From the human T2T-CHM13v2.0 reference genome, Homo sapiens, in NCBI GenBank assembly GCA_009914755.4, contig CP086569.2:16192001-16256000 (forward strand): a DNA stretch of 64,000 nucleotides, given 5' to 3'. The first letter of the stretch is position 1. Each line of letters opens with the position of its first letter. A program made the position numbers and the translations under genes. The notes under the pieces are model-generated. The model made no database searches, was not told where the DNA came from, and worked only from the letters and a program-made list of their open reading frames with translations. This document shows, piece after piece, positions 44,472-57,700 of the stretch.

Positions 44472-46560
44472 TCCTGCCTTCCTCCTGCTCTCCCTTCATC
44501 CAACCATCCACCTGCCCACATCCACCTACCTACAAGTAAGCCAGATGTTGTGCTGCATTGAGTTAAGTAATAGTGCTGATGTGGGGGTCAGTATCTCCTG
44601 TAAACTGCAGTTTTAAGGTTTTACTGAATCAATAGTGCTGTGAAAATCAAACTATAAAACCTATACTGATATAAACTGTTTACAACAAAATCCTCTAGAG
44701 TTACAAGATAGGTAATGAATGAACTGCACCTCTAAGTTGGTTCTCTCATTTGTAGAGAAAAGCCTTTGAAAAACTTCAGGATTTAACAACTTGGTTGAGG
44801 GGTGGCAGGAAAGCTTCCTAATGAATTCTCTCTGTGTCATTTTATTCATAAAAAGCACATGACGGGCATTCTTAGCATGCATATCAAAGTGTATATACGT
44901 AAATTAAGCAGTGAGCAAAAGACTTTAAGACAGCTCAGAAAACCTTCCCGATTTCCTCTTTTAATGGTGCAGATACCGTGTCCACCATCTGTCAGACAGC
45001 AGTGAAAACCCAGCAAGGCCCTGAAAGGGGCTGACTGTCTTAGAGTCAAAAACAAACCTCAAGTTTCTAGATGGTCACTAGAAATCATTTTCTTTTTCCA
45101 CTTCCTCTGGGTAAATTGTGTTAATTCATTTTCCATAGTCTTCTGCATGAGACTTATGATCTGCAGGTGTGACAGAAGGCCCTATCAGTTTTGTGTGTTT
45201 AGAGGGACACTATGACTTCAGACAGACTCAGGAAGATTAGCCATGTACAGGAATAAAATGCTCTAACCTGTAGAGCAGCAAGTTGTGTTTATTTTCAACA
45301 GCACATTTGATTATAGAAAAAACACATTTAGATGCCTTAGATGAGACCTGCTTGTGGTATGCTTGCTGTATAACATGACTACACACACTGTTAGGACAGC
45401 AAAAGCACAGTGAAGTTTTGCCTGCCTTTGAGAGAAGCTACAGAGGAGGCTTCCCCAAACAGGATTATCATGGCACAAAGAGAGTTCCTTTGCTGGCCTG
45501 TGTGAGTGATTTTTCCATGTCATCTCCAAATGTGCCATGTAGAAGAAGCTGCCATTTATAATGAGAACTGATAAACAGAGAGAAAAGCACCTAAGAAATT
45601 CATTGGACCTGAAGGGGATTAAAAGACTTCATGATTAAATGAGCTAGTGGATGAGCTAATGAGCTGTCTGTATGGTGAGCATGTGGTAGCTGGCAATGCA
45701 GAGGCCTCTCTTTGGTCCTCTCCTTGGTCCTTTCCATCCCAACACCCTTTGTGCATGGCCCAGAAACCTACTCAACAGGAGATGAGAGGCCGTTAAAAGA
45801 GGAATAGTGGACCAGGGATTCATCCATCAGTATTTCCTCCACATAAAGCACAGGGCACAGTGCCATCTTAGAATTTCTCTAGTCAAGCATAAAGAAGATA
45901 TTTGAAGGCAAGCCATGTGAAGAGTAATTATGAGAAGATGGATGTTCATTCTTTTCTGAGATTTGCTGTTTTTCTCTTGCATTTAGTGAAATTATTTCTT
46001 CACTTCTCTGCATTTGATAGAGTGCAGAAGGGCCCCATGCCTCTACTTTGTGTTTTCCCAGAGACCATGGTGCCCCAAGAATGGCTCAGCTCTGGCTTAA
46101 TTCTGCAAAACAGTATAGGGACTCATATGCATGCAATCTGTGTCTAGGTCTCTGTGAGTCAGTGAACTTGAGATCAACACAGCAATGCCTCAAGTTCCCC
46201 AAGAATAACAAGCTGCTCTCCATCAGAGGCAGAGAGACTCTGCCGCCAACTGTAATCCCTGGAAACTAGTCTGGAGGAACACAGGCAGCTATGGGTCTGT
46301 GAAGAAGACAGAACACTTACTGTGCTGTGACCTGGCCAAAGCACAGCTCCACCTCCTATCAAAGCTGATGATGCACCCAAGGGAAGGGAAGAGCTTGAAA
46401 GTGGAAAAGACAGCCTCTCTATCAGCATCTCTGCAGCTGTAGTGGCAGGAGACAGAGACAGGGATCATGAGAATAGGGGTCAGATTTGGTTTTGTGCAAT
46501 AACACAGAAGGGGAGTGCCTTCTGCATTTGCAGGGAAGTTACAGGAAAAGAAAAATAAGG

Positions 46561-46950
46561 TGATATGGTTCAGCTGTGTCCCTACCCAAATCTTATCTTG
46601 AATTGTAGCTCCCACAATTCCCACATGTTGTGGAAAGGAGCTGGTGGGAGGTAACCGATTCATAGGGGTGGGTCTGTCCCATGCTGTTCTCATGATAGTG
46701 AATAAGTCTCATGAGATGTGATGGTTTAATAAGGGAGAGATTCCCTGCATAAGCCCTCTTTTTGCCTGCTGCTATCCATGTAACACGTGACTTGTTCCTC
46801 CTTGCCTTCCACCATAATGGGAGGCCTCCCCAGTCATGTGGAAGTTTTGAGTCCATTACACCTCACTGTGAGTCCATTAAACCTCTTTCCTGTATACATT
46901 ACCCAGTCTCAGGTAAGTCTTTATTAGAAGCATGAAAACAGACTAATGTA
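46561..46950 (+). mobile_element. THE1-family (ERVL-MaLR) solo LTR, sense orientation, nearly full length
   Basis: TGATATGGTTCAGCTGTGTCCCTACCCAAATCTTATCTTGAATTGTAGCTCCCACAATTCCCACATGTTGTGGAAAGGAGCTGGTGGGAGGTAACCGATTCATAGGGGTGGGTCTGTCCCATGCTGTTCTCATGATAGTGAATAAGTCTCATGAGATGTGATGGTTTAATAAGGGAGAGATTCCCTGCATAAGCCC...CCACCATAATGGGAGGCCTCCCCAGTCATGTGGAAGT...GAGTCCATTAAACCTCTTTCCTGTATACATTACCCAGTCTCAGGTAAGTCTTTATTAGAAGCATGAAAACAGACTAATGTA. Confidence 0.8.
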
Positions 46951-49403
46951 GAAGGCCATGCTATACCTGGGAATATAGGTTTTCTTTGCCAATAGTTTTT
47001 AGGAACTGAAAATAAAGAGCAAGAAATAACTATTAAATTCAAGTTAAATAAGAAATGACATCGGTTATTATTAAAACTAAATGCCAGTGTGTGCTCCTAA
47101 ATCACTTGGTATTCTGATATTTTTCAGTGATAAAATGGCACATACATGAAAGGTTCAATAAAAGTTTATGGAGGGGAATTGAGTCTCTTGGTATGAATCT
47201 ATTTCTTTACCTACAGAATCAGTGACTGGATTCTGTGTCTGTTGGCTTCTGCTTCTGTATATCATGCATTGATAGCCTCTGATTTGGGTGTGGGGACAGG
47301 GGAGGAGTCTATGTTTTCAGGCTGGAAATGAAACTTTGAAATCCACACAGAAGCTACTACCTACAGCCTCAATTCAGGAAGGGAAGAAATGTACAAATGA
47401 GGACAAGGGAGGTTTTCAGAAGAGAGGACCTAAGAAGTGGATGGATAAATGAGGTTGCTGGCTGCAGATGGCATGTGAGGAGAGAGAATCCTCGTGCAAT
47501 GAGAAGCTTCAAGATTGGCTGAGGTTCTCCAGGGTGCCTTGAGTGACAGGAGCAGGCTGAAGGAGAATGTGGGAAAATGGTGAGTGTTCGCTGTGTTTTC
47601 AGAGGTGCTCATGACTTCCACATAGTGCCGATTCATGAGCCTGGGGCTCAGACAAGCAGCAGGGTCCCCAAGAGTAGATTTAAGATGGGAGAACCTCTAC
47701 TGAGACTCCTAGTAAGTGTGACCTGGCAGAACTTTTACATAAGATTTTCCCAAGGCTCCTTTCCAGACCACTGGGCCCAGGACTCTACAGGTGTCCAGAA
47801 ACCAAGATTTGAGTCAGGCATAGTGATTAGAAGTAGCAGATAAGATCACCAAGGAGGATGGGAAAGAGTGAGATGAACATCAAGAACAACACCTGCACAC
47901 ACACAGATGCTGACATTTGGGGACTGATGAACCAAGTTCCTGGGTGAAAGGAAGTGCAGAGAGAAACAATGGGAGCAGTGGATGAGGGCGGATGGGCATG
48001 GTGCAGCCAGCACAGGGAGACATTGCAGAGAAGCATGAGAAATGGATGTCTGTGGTCTCAGCAGTCAGGAGTGGCAGATGCCAGGAGGAAATGCCCCCCA
48101 AGGTGAGGTGACAAGGTGAAGATACAGTCAGAAACAGGGATTGTGGCATCTGGCAGCTAATGTGGGAACAAGACTGAGGGAGGCCAAGGTTGTCTGGGAG
48201 AGCAAGATGCCCCAAGGCTAGTGTTCTGGACATGGACATAAGGCAGAACCTGAGTACCAGGGGCTGGGCACCTCAGGGTCATTTAGAAATAAGGATGTCA
48301 TGTGTGCTCAGCAGGCAGAGAGCCTCTCATTGGTGCTGGGTGCTGGGCATTCAGAGGAAGGGCAGGGGAGCGACAGTGGGGAGTTGGGAAGAGGCAGATG
48401 GGGCCCCCATGGACTGCAGAACATATCACAGTGGCATGAGGGTTATTAGAGCTGGCACAAAGGTTATTAGCGCTGAAGAGAGTGAGCATCAAGTACAGGA
48501 AGAGGAGGCTTCTGCACTTCCTTCTTTTCCTAAGGAAAGCCTTCCAGAAGAATTCAGCCCTCCACCCTCATACATTCAATGTTCAGGAGTTTCACAACCA
48601 GGAAAGCATGAGTCTTATCACCAAAGATAAGAAGTCAGCACCTGTGGCACCTGGCTGAGAAATTTTCCCAAAACATGTTGTCATAAAATTATCTTATCCT
48701 TCGTCTCCTAAGGGCCCACTTGTTTTTCCTAAAAGTCATTTATTCTTCTACTCATCCTTCTGCTCCTTTCCCATCCATGTTAAGATAACATACAATTCCC
48801 AAATTCTAATTGACTCCTTGAGTCACAATTTTCTCTGAACTCCTTGGATGTATGTAAATATAAATCTACCTTTACTCTTGATAGTGTGTCTTTTGTTAGT
48901 TTGATTTACAAGACCCCAATCACTGCACTTAAGAGGGTAGAGGAAATACTATTCCTCTGATAGTGGAATTTGATTAAAGCAATCAACCTCATGCCAGGAA
49001 ACTCAGTAGGGACACCAAGCCCAAAGGCAAGTTCAATGAGAGAAAAGAAGTGTAAGGGGAGTATCTGTGAAGGCCATTATTATCATTATGGTTTTTCAAG
49101 TAATAAAATAAGGGAGAAAGGGCAATAAAATAATACCAAGGACAAGTGTCCAGAAGCAAGTGTATTTTGCTCAGTGATTGTGGGCGACAGGAGGAAGTGG
49201 CCTAGAGGCTGGAGCAATGATGCCCACAGAGGATGGTAAACAATGAAACAATGACAGGTGACTGTCCTCATCCCCTATAGCAGCTCCAGTGGGGCTGCGC
49301 CCTTAACTCAGTGTTTCAGGGTAAGAGGCTGATTCAAGGAACAGTTAGTTGATCTCCCAAAAACCAGAGGCATAGGCAGGCTCAGCTGGTTACAAAATAT
49401 TAA

Positions 49404-49405
<2 letters not shown>

Positions 49406-49439
<34 letters not shown>

Positions 49440-49717
49440 CTTGAGAAGGAGTCTTGTTCTGTTGCCCAGGCTGGAGTGTAGTTGTGCCATCTGGGCTCAC
49501 TGAAAACTCTGTCTCTCGGGTTCAAGCGATTCTCTTGCCTCAACCTCCTGAGTAGGTGGAATTACAGGTGTGCACAACCAGGCCCGGATAATTTTTTTAT
49601 TTTTAGTAGAGATGAGGTTTCACGAGGTTGGCCAAGCTGGTTTCAAACTCCTGACATCAAGTGATCCACTGTAATCCCAAAGTTTGGGATTACAGGCATG
49701 AGCCACCTTGCCCAGCC
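49406..49717 (-). mobile_element. Alu SINE (antisense) preceded by a roughly 34-nt pure poly-T that represents its A-tail
   Basis: (T)~34 then CTTGAGAAGGAGTCTTGTTCTGTTGCCCAGGCTGGAGTGTAGTTGTGCCATCTGGGCTCACTGAAAACTCTGTCTCTCGGGTTCAAGCGATTCTCTTGCCTCAACCTCCTGAGTAGGTGGAATTACAGGTGTGCACAACCAGGCCCGGATAATTTTTTTATTTTTAGTAGAGATGAGGTTTCACGAGGTTGGCCAAGCTGGTTTCAAACTCCTGACATCAAGTGATCCACTGTAATCCCAAAGTTTGGGATTACAGGCATGAGCCACCTTGCCCAGCC. Confidence 0.85.
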
Positions 49718-50631
49718 TAAATATTAACTTTAAAATGGACATAAGTAATATACAGCTATTTGTTCTCCATTATCGTTGGAGGAAAAGAAGTTCCAGTTAC
49801 GAAGGTCAACTCAAACTGATAGGCTGCCTGCTCCTGTATGCCTTCATTTGGGACATATGAAATGTATGATAAGGATAAGTCAAGATTAAACTTTGGGTGA
49901 GTTTCACATGAAGTTACAGGTATTAGATATATATATCTACACACATGCATATATATATTTTAACTAGCTACATCTTTTTTTTCACTTTTTTTTAATCTAG
50001 GAAAGAGTCATAGAGATGCAAAATGTTCTTCACATTTGGTACAAGTTTATATGAAAATATGCCCAGTGACCATTTTCTTATATTAATTTCACTTTCTCCT
50101 AAGCCTCCTCTAAATTTTTTCATTACTCATGTTTTCTAATTGAACTATAAGTTCCTTGAAGGAAATCACATTGGAATCATGCCTGACACTTCCTTCTCCC
50201 TTACCACCTATTTCTAACCTGCCACACAATACTCCACTGAGTTATAAAACAAACATGGCCAATATGTCCTTCTGAGAACTTCCAGTGAGCTCAAATGCCT
50301 ACTGCACCATGTGTAAACTTTTCTAATTTGTTTCCAAAGTCCTCAGGATTGATTCTGTGTTGGCTGCTCCCCTGTTGGCTAATCCCGCTCTCTGTTCCTT
50401 CTCTGTAAAAACCTTGAGCATTTATCTCAGGGCCTGTGCCATCCCCAGATCCCCTATGATGTTCTAATTTGTGTCTGAGTGAACTTTCGTTCTTTCTCTC
50501 TCACACTGTGTAGAGCTGCCTCCCCCAACATCGCAATGTAAAGATGGTTCAGCTTACATCAGAGTTGAAAGAATTTCACAGAATACTCATATCCCCACAC
50601 AACCACCCAGACTACTCCCTTTTATTTTTCT

Positions 50632-50921
50632 TTTGAGACAGTGTCTCGCTCTGTCACTCATGCTGGAGAGCAGCGACATGATCTCGGCTCACTGCAACTT
50701 CTGCCTCCCAGACTGGTGATTCTCCCACCTTAAGGTGCATGTCTCCCACCTTCTGAGTAGCTGAGACTACAGGCATGCACCATGATGCCTGCAATATTTG
50801 TTATTATTGTAGAGACATGGTTTTGCTGTGTTGCCCAAGCTGGTCTTAACTCCTGAACTCAAGTGATCCTCCCACCCTGGCCTCTCAAAATGTTGAGATT
50901 ACAGGCATGAACCACCACCTG
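50632..50921 (-). mobile_element. Alu SINE (antisense)
   Basis: TTTTGAGACAGTGTCTCGCTCTGTCACTCATGCTGGAGAGCAGCGACATGATCTCGGCTCACTGCAACTTCTGCCTCCCAGACTGGTGATTCTCCCACCTTAAGG...CTGAGTAGCTGAGACTACAGGCATGCACCATGATGCCTG...CCTCTCAAAATGTTGAGATTACAGGCATGAACCACCACCTG. Confidence 0.85.
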
Positions 50922-51734
50922 TAAGACTGTACTCTTAACAAGGTGATAGCATAATAGTTTGGGGTGTGAGTCAAAATGTCTAAAGGTTCATGAAATGAGT
51001 CCAGTCTACCTATTTATGTGGACTTAGACCTCCTTTATTAAGAAATATGCAGGTTTTCAGGGAAAAAATATAATCTACCACATCCCTTATTTATGAATGG
51101 TGAATATTACCTCACAACTTCAATCCTGGTATTCCAAAAAAAAAGAAAAAAGAAAAAAGATACCAAATATACACAAAACTTAAGCTGGTGAAATTAGTCT
51201 ACTCTACCTATTTGTGAACTTTAACATAACTCGCTTGAAAGCTGAACAGAAAAACAAAAAAAAATAATAATTTTTTAAAACCCTGAAATTCAGCTCCTAA
51301 AACAAGATTAACATAACAGAAAAATGAAAACACGCAAAGTAGTGATGGCTAGGCTTTAAAAAATTTATTTCTGATTTATGGTTTTACTTGTAATAAATAT
51401 CAACCATACAAGTGATACATAAGCAATGCCATAATTTTTGTTTTGCAACAAAGATGGCATTTTTATGCCTTGGAACAGAGAACCCTAGGGTGCCTTCCAG
51501 CTTGGTCTCTCAAGTCCCCACCAGCCAAGGAGTGGCTCACACTCACAAGTCTCAGGGCCTGGCATTAGGCCCAAGGAGGCTCTCTACCCACAGGTCTCTG
51601 GGCTTCAGAGGATGTGCTGGCAGAGGCAGCACCCTCAGGCAGGTGCTTTCACTCAGTGAGTGCTCGTTAGATTGAAGGTGGATCCTGGGGGACTTCTGAC
51701 AATGGTCTTATAATTGCTTTAATTAATTTATTTA

Positions 51735-54700
51735 TTTTTAATTTATTGTACGTTGCATTCTCAGATGCATGTGCAGAACGTACAGGTTTGTTATATAAGT
51801 ATACATGTGCCACGGTGGTTTGCTGCACCCATCAACCATGATCTACATTAAGTATTTCTCCTAATGCTATCCTTCCCCTAGCCCCCAACCCTTGACAGAA
51901 CCCAGTGTGTGATGTTCCCCTCCCTGTGCCCAGGTGTTCTCATTGTTCAGCTCCCACTTATGAGTGAGAACATACAGTGTTTGGTCTTCTGCTCTCGTAT
52001 TAGTTTGCTGAGAATGATGGTTTCCAGCTTCATGATGTCCCTGCAAGGGACATGAAGGACATGAACTCATTCTTTTTTCATGGCTGTATAGTATTCCATG
52101 GTATATATGTTCCACATTTTCTTAATCCAGTCTATCATTGATGGACATTTGGGTTGGTTCAAGTCTTTGCTATTGTGAACAGTGCCACAATAAACATATG
52201 TGTGCATGTCTGTTTATAGTAGAATGATTTATAATCCTTTGGGTATGTACCCAGTAATGGGATTGCTGGGTGAAATGGTATTTCCAGTTCTAGATCCTTA
52301 AGGAATTGCCACACTGTCTTCCACAATAGTTGAACTAATTTACACTCCCACCAGCAGTGTAAAAGTATTCCTGTTTCTTCACATTCTCTACAGCATCTGT
52401 TGTTTCCTTGCTTTTTAATGATCACCATTCTAACTGGCATGAGATGGTATCTTATTGTGGTTTTGATTTGCATTTCTATAATGACCAGTAATGATGAGCT
52501 TTTTTTTCAATGTTTGTTGGCCACATAAATGTCTTCTTTGAGAAGTGTCTGTTCATATCCTTTGCCCACTTTTTGATGCGGTTGTTTGATTTTAATCCTG
52601 TAAACTTGTTTAAATTATCTGTAGATTCTGAATATTAGAACTTTGTCAGATGGATAGATTGCAAAAATTATTTCCCATTTTGTAGGTTGCCTTACAACTC
52701 TGATGGGAGTTTCTTTTGCTGTGCAGAAGCCTTTTAGTTTAATTACATCCCAACTGTCAATTTTGCATTTTCGTGCCAGTGCTTTTGGTGTTTTAGTCAT
52801 GAGGTCTTTGCCCATGCCTATGTCCTGAATGGTACTGCCTAGGTTTTTTTCTAAAGTTTCATGGGTTAAGGTCTTACATTTAAGTCTTTAATCCATCTTG
52901 AGTTAATTTTTGTATAAGGTGTAAGAAAGGGGTGCAGTTTCGGTTTTCTGCATAGAGCTAGCCGATTTTCCTAACACCATTTATTAAATAGGGAATCCTT
53001 TCCCCATTGTTGTTTTCATCAGGTTTGTCAAAGATCAGATGATTGTAGATGTGTGGTGTTATTTCTGAGGCATCTGTTCTGTTCCATTGGCCTATATATC
53101 TATTTTGGTACCAGTACCATGCTGTTTTGGTTAATGTAGACTAGTATTGTGATTTAAAGTCAGGTAGCATGATCCCCGCAGCTTTGTTCTTTTTGCTTAG
53201 GATTGCCTTGTCTATACCAGCTCTTTTTTGGTTCCCTGTGAAATTTAAAGTAGTTTTCTTTCTAAATCTGTGAAGAAAGTCAACAGTAGCCTGATGGGTA
53301 TAGCATTGAATCCACAAATTACTTTGGGCAGCATGGCCATTTTCATGACATTGATACTTCCTATCCATGAGCATGGAATGTTTTTCCATTATGTGGTCTT
53401 CTTTTATTTCATTGAGCAGTGGTTTGTAGTTCTCCTTGAAGAGGTCCTTCACATCTCTTGCAGGTTGTTCTCCTAGGTATTTTATTCTCTTTGTTGCAAC
53501 TGTGAATAGGCATTCACTCATGATTTGGCTCTCTCTTTGTCTATTACTGGTGTATAGGAATGATTGTGATTTTTGCACATTGATTTTGTATCCTGAGGCT
53601 TGGCTGAAGTTGCTTATCAGCTTAAGATTTGTTGGTGAGACAATGGGGTTTTCTAAATATACAATCATGTCATTGGCAAACAAAGACAATTTGACTTTCT
53701 CTGTCTGTATTTGACTACATTTCATTTCTTTCTCTTGCCTGATTGCCCTGGCCAGAACTTCCAATACTGTGTGGAATAGGAGTGGTGAGAGTGGGCATCC
53801 TTATCTTGTGCTAGTTTTCAAAGGGAATGCTTCCAGTTTTTGCCCATTCAGTATTGCATTGGCTGTGGGTTTGTTATAAATAGCGCTTATTATTTTGAGA
53901 TGTATTCCATCAATGCCTAGTTTATTGAGATGTTTTAGCATGCATAGGTGTTGAATTTTATCGAAGGCCTTTTCTACATCTATTGAGATAATCATGTGGT
54001 TTTTGTCATTTATTCTGTTTATGTGATGGATTATGTTTATTGATTTGCATAGGTTGAACCAGCCTTGCATCTCAGGGATGAAGCCAACTTGATCCTGGTG
54101 GATAAGCTTTTTAACATGCTTCTGGATTTGGTTTGCCAGGATTTTATTGAGGATTTTCCCATCGGTGTTCATCAGGCAAATCGGGCTGAAATTTTATTTT
54201 TTTGTTGTGTCTCTGCCAGGTTTTCATATCAGGATAATGTTGGACTTATAAAATGAGTTAGGGAGGAGTCCCTCTTTTTCTATTCCTTGGAGTAGTTTCA
54301 GAAGAAATGGTACCAACTCTTCTTTGTAACTCTGGTAGGACTTGGCTTTGAATTTGTCCAGTCCTGGACTTTTTTGGTTGGTAGTGTATTAGTTACTGCC
54401 TCAATTTTAGAACTTGTTACTGGTATATTCAGGCATTCAACTTCTTCCTGGTTTAGTCTTCAGAGGGTGTATGTGTCCAGGAATTTATCCGTTTCTTCTA
54501 GATTTTGAAGTTTATTTGCATAGAAGTGTTTGTAGTATTCTCTGCTGGTAGTTTTTATTTCTGTGGTAATATTGGTGATATCCCCTTTATCATTTTTATT
54601 GCATTTATTTGATTCTTCTCTCTTTTCTTCTTTATTAGTCTGGCTAGTGATATATCTATTTTGTTGACCTTTTCAAAAATCTAGCTCCTGGATTCACTGA

Positions 54701-57700
54701 TTTTCTTGAAAGGTTTTTCATTTCTCTGTCTCCTTCAGTTCTGCTCTGATCTTAGTTATTTCTTATCTTCTGCTAGCTTTTGGGTTTGTTTGCTGTTGCT
54801 TCTGTAGTTCTTTTAATTATGATGCTAGTGTGTCGATTTTGGATCATTCTTGCTTTCTCTTGCAGGCACCTAGTGCTATAAATTACCCCCTACACACTGC
54901 TTTCAATGTGTCCCAGAGATTCTGGTTAGGTTGTGTCTTTGTTCTCATTCGTTTCAAATAACTTCTTTATTTCTGCCTTAATGTCATTATTTACTCAGTA
55001 GTCACACAGTAGCAGGCTGTTCAGTTTCCTGTAGTTGTGCAGTTTTGAGTGAGTTTCTTCATCCTCGGTTCTAATTTGATTGCTCTGTGGTCTGATAGAC
55101 TGTTGGTTATGATTTCCGATCTTTTGCATTTGCTGAAGAGTGTTTTACTTCCAGTTATGTGTTGAATTTTAGAATCAGTTTGATGTGGTGCTGAGAATAA
55201 TGTATATTCTGTTGATTTGGTGTGGGGAGTTCTGTAGATATCTATTAGGTCCACTTGGTCCAGAGCTCAAGTCGTGGATATCTTTGTTAACTTTCTGTCT
55301 CGTTGATCTAATATTGACAGTGGGGTGTAAAAGTCTCCCACCATTAGTGCGTGGAGTCTAAATGTCTTTGTAGGTCTCTAAGAACTTGCTTTATGAGTCT
55401 GGGTGCTCCTGTATTTAGTGTTTATATATTTAGGATAGTTAGCTCTTCTTGTTGCATTGATCCCTTTACAATTAAGTAATGACCTTCTTTGTCTCTTGCT
55501 CTTTGTTGGTTTAAAGTCTGTTTTATCAGAGACTAAAATTGCACCCCCTGCTTTTTTTCTGCTTTCCACTTCCTTGGTAAATCTTCCTCCATCCCTTTAT
55601 TTTGAGCCTGTGTGTGTCTTTGTACGTGAGATGTGTCTCCTGAATACAGCCCACCAATGGGTCTTGAATCTTTATCTATTTACCAGTCTGTGTCTTTTAA
55701 TTAGGGCATTTAGCCCATTTACATTTAAGGTTAATATTGTTATATGTGAATTTGATCCTGTCATTATGATGCTAGCTTGTTGTTTTGCCCATTAGTTGAT
55801 GCAGTTTCTTCACAGTGTTGACAGACTCTACAATGTGGTATGCTTTTGTAGTGGCTGATACTGGTTTGTCTTTTACATGTTTAGTGCTTCATTCAGGAGA
55901 TCTTATAAGGCAGGCCTGGGGGTGACAAAAATCTCTCAGCATTTGCTTGTCTGTAAAGAATTTCATTTCTCCTTCACTTATGAAGCGTAGTTTGGCTGGG
56001 TATGAAATTCTGGGTTGAAAATTCTTTTCTTTAAATGTTGAATATTGGCCCCTACTCTCTTCTGGCTTGTAAGGTTTCTGCAGAGAGAACCACTGTTAGT
56101 CTGATGGACTCTTTTTTGTGGGTAACCTGACCTTTCTCTCTGGCTGCACTTAAATTTTTTTCCTTCATTTCAAACTTGGTCAATCTGATGATTATATGTT
56201 TTGGGATTGCTCTTCTTAAGGAGTATCTCTGTGGTGTTCTCTGTATTTCCTGAATTTGAATGTTGGCCTGACTTGCTAGGTTGGGGAATTTCTCCCAAAT
56301 AAAATCCTGAAATGTGTTTTCTAAGTTGGTTCCATTCCCCCCTCACTTTCAGGTACCCCAATCAAATGTAGGTTTTGTCTTCTCACATAGTCCCATAGTT
56401 CTTGGAGGCTTTATTCATTTCTTTTTACTCTTTTTTTTTCTCTATTGTTGTCTTTACACTTTATTTTTTGTTTTGTTTTGTTTTTATTATATTATTGTTA
56501 TACTTTAAGTTTTAGGGTACATGTGCACAATGTGCAGGTTAGTTACATATGTATACATGTGCCATGCTGGTGTGCTGCACCCATTAACTCCTCATTTAGC
56601 ATTAGGTATATCTTCTAATGCTATCCCTTCCCCCTCCCCCACCCCACAACAGTCCCCAGAATGTGATATTCCCCTTCCTGTGTCCATGTGTTCTCATTGT
56701 TCAATTCCCACCTATGAGTGAGAATATGCGGTGTTTGGTTTTTTGTCCTTGTGATAGTTTACTGAGAATGATGATTTCCAATTTCATCCATGTCCCTGCA
56801 AAGGACATGAACTCATCATTTTTTATGGCTGCATAGTATTCCATGGTGTATATGTGCCACATTTTCTTAATCCAGTCTATCATTGTTGGACATTTGGGTT
56901 GGTTCTAAGTCTTTGCTATTGTGAATAGTGCCGCAATAAACATACGTGTGCATGTGTCTTTATAGCAGCATGATTTATAATCCTTTGGGTATATACCCAG
57001 TAATGGGATGGCTGGGTCAAATGGTATTTCTAGTTCTAGATCCCTGAGGAATTGCCACATGGACTCCCACTGTGGTTGACCTAGTTTACAGTCCCACCAA
57101 CAGTGTAAAAGGTCTTTATACTTTATTTCATTAAGTTGATCTTCAATCTCTGATATCCTTTCTTCTGCTTGATCAATTCAGCTGTTTTTTGTGTATGCTT
57201 CACGAACTTCTCCACTATGTTTTTGGCTCCATCAGATCATTTATGTTCTTCTCTAAACTGGGTATTCTAGTTAGCAATTTCTATAACCTTTTTTTCTAGG
57301 TTCTTAGCTTCCTCACATTGGGTTAGAACATGTTCCTTAGCACAGAGGAATTTATTACCCACTTTCTGAAGCCTACTTCTGTCAGTTCATCAAACTCATT
57401 CTCTGTCCAGTTTTGTTCCCTCGCTGGTGAGGAGTTGTGATCCTTTGGAGAAGAAGTGGTGCTCTGGTTTTTGGAATTTTCATCCTTTTTGTGCTGGCTT
57501 TTCTCATCTTCCTGGATTTATCTACCTTTGGTCTTTGATTTTGGTGGCTCCTTTGGATTGGGTTTTTGAGTGGATGTCCTTTTTGTTGATGTTGATGCTA
57601 TTGTTGTCTGTTTGTTAGTTTTCCTTCTAACAGACAGTCCCCACTGCTGCAGGTCTGCTGGAGTTTGCTGGAGGTCCATTCCAGACCATGTTTGCCTGGG

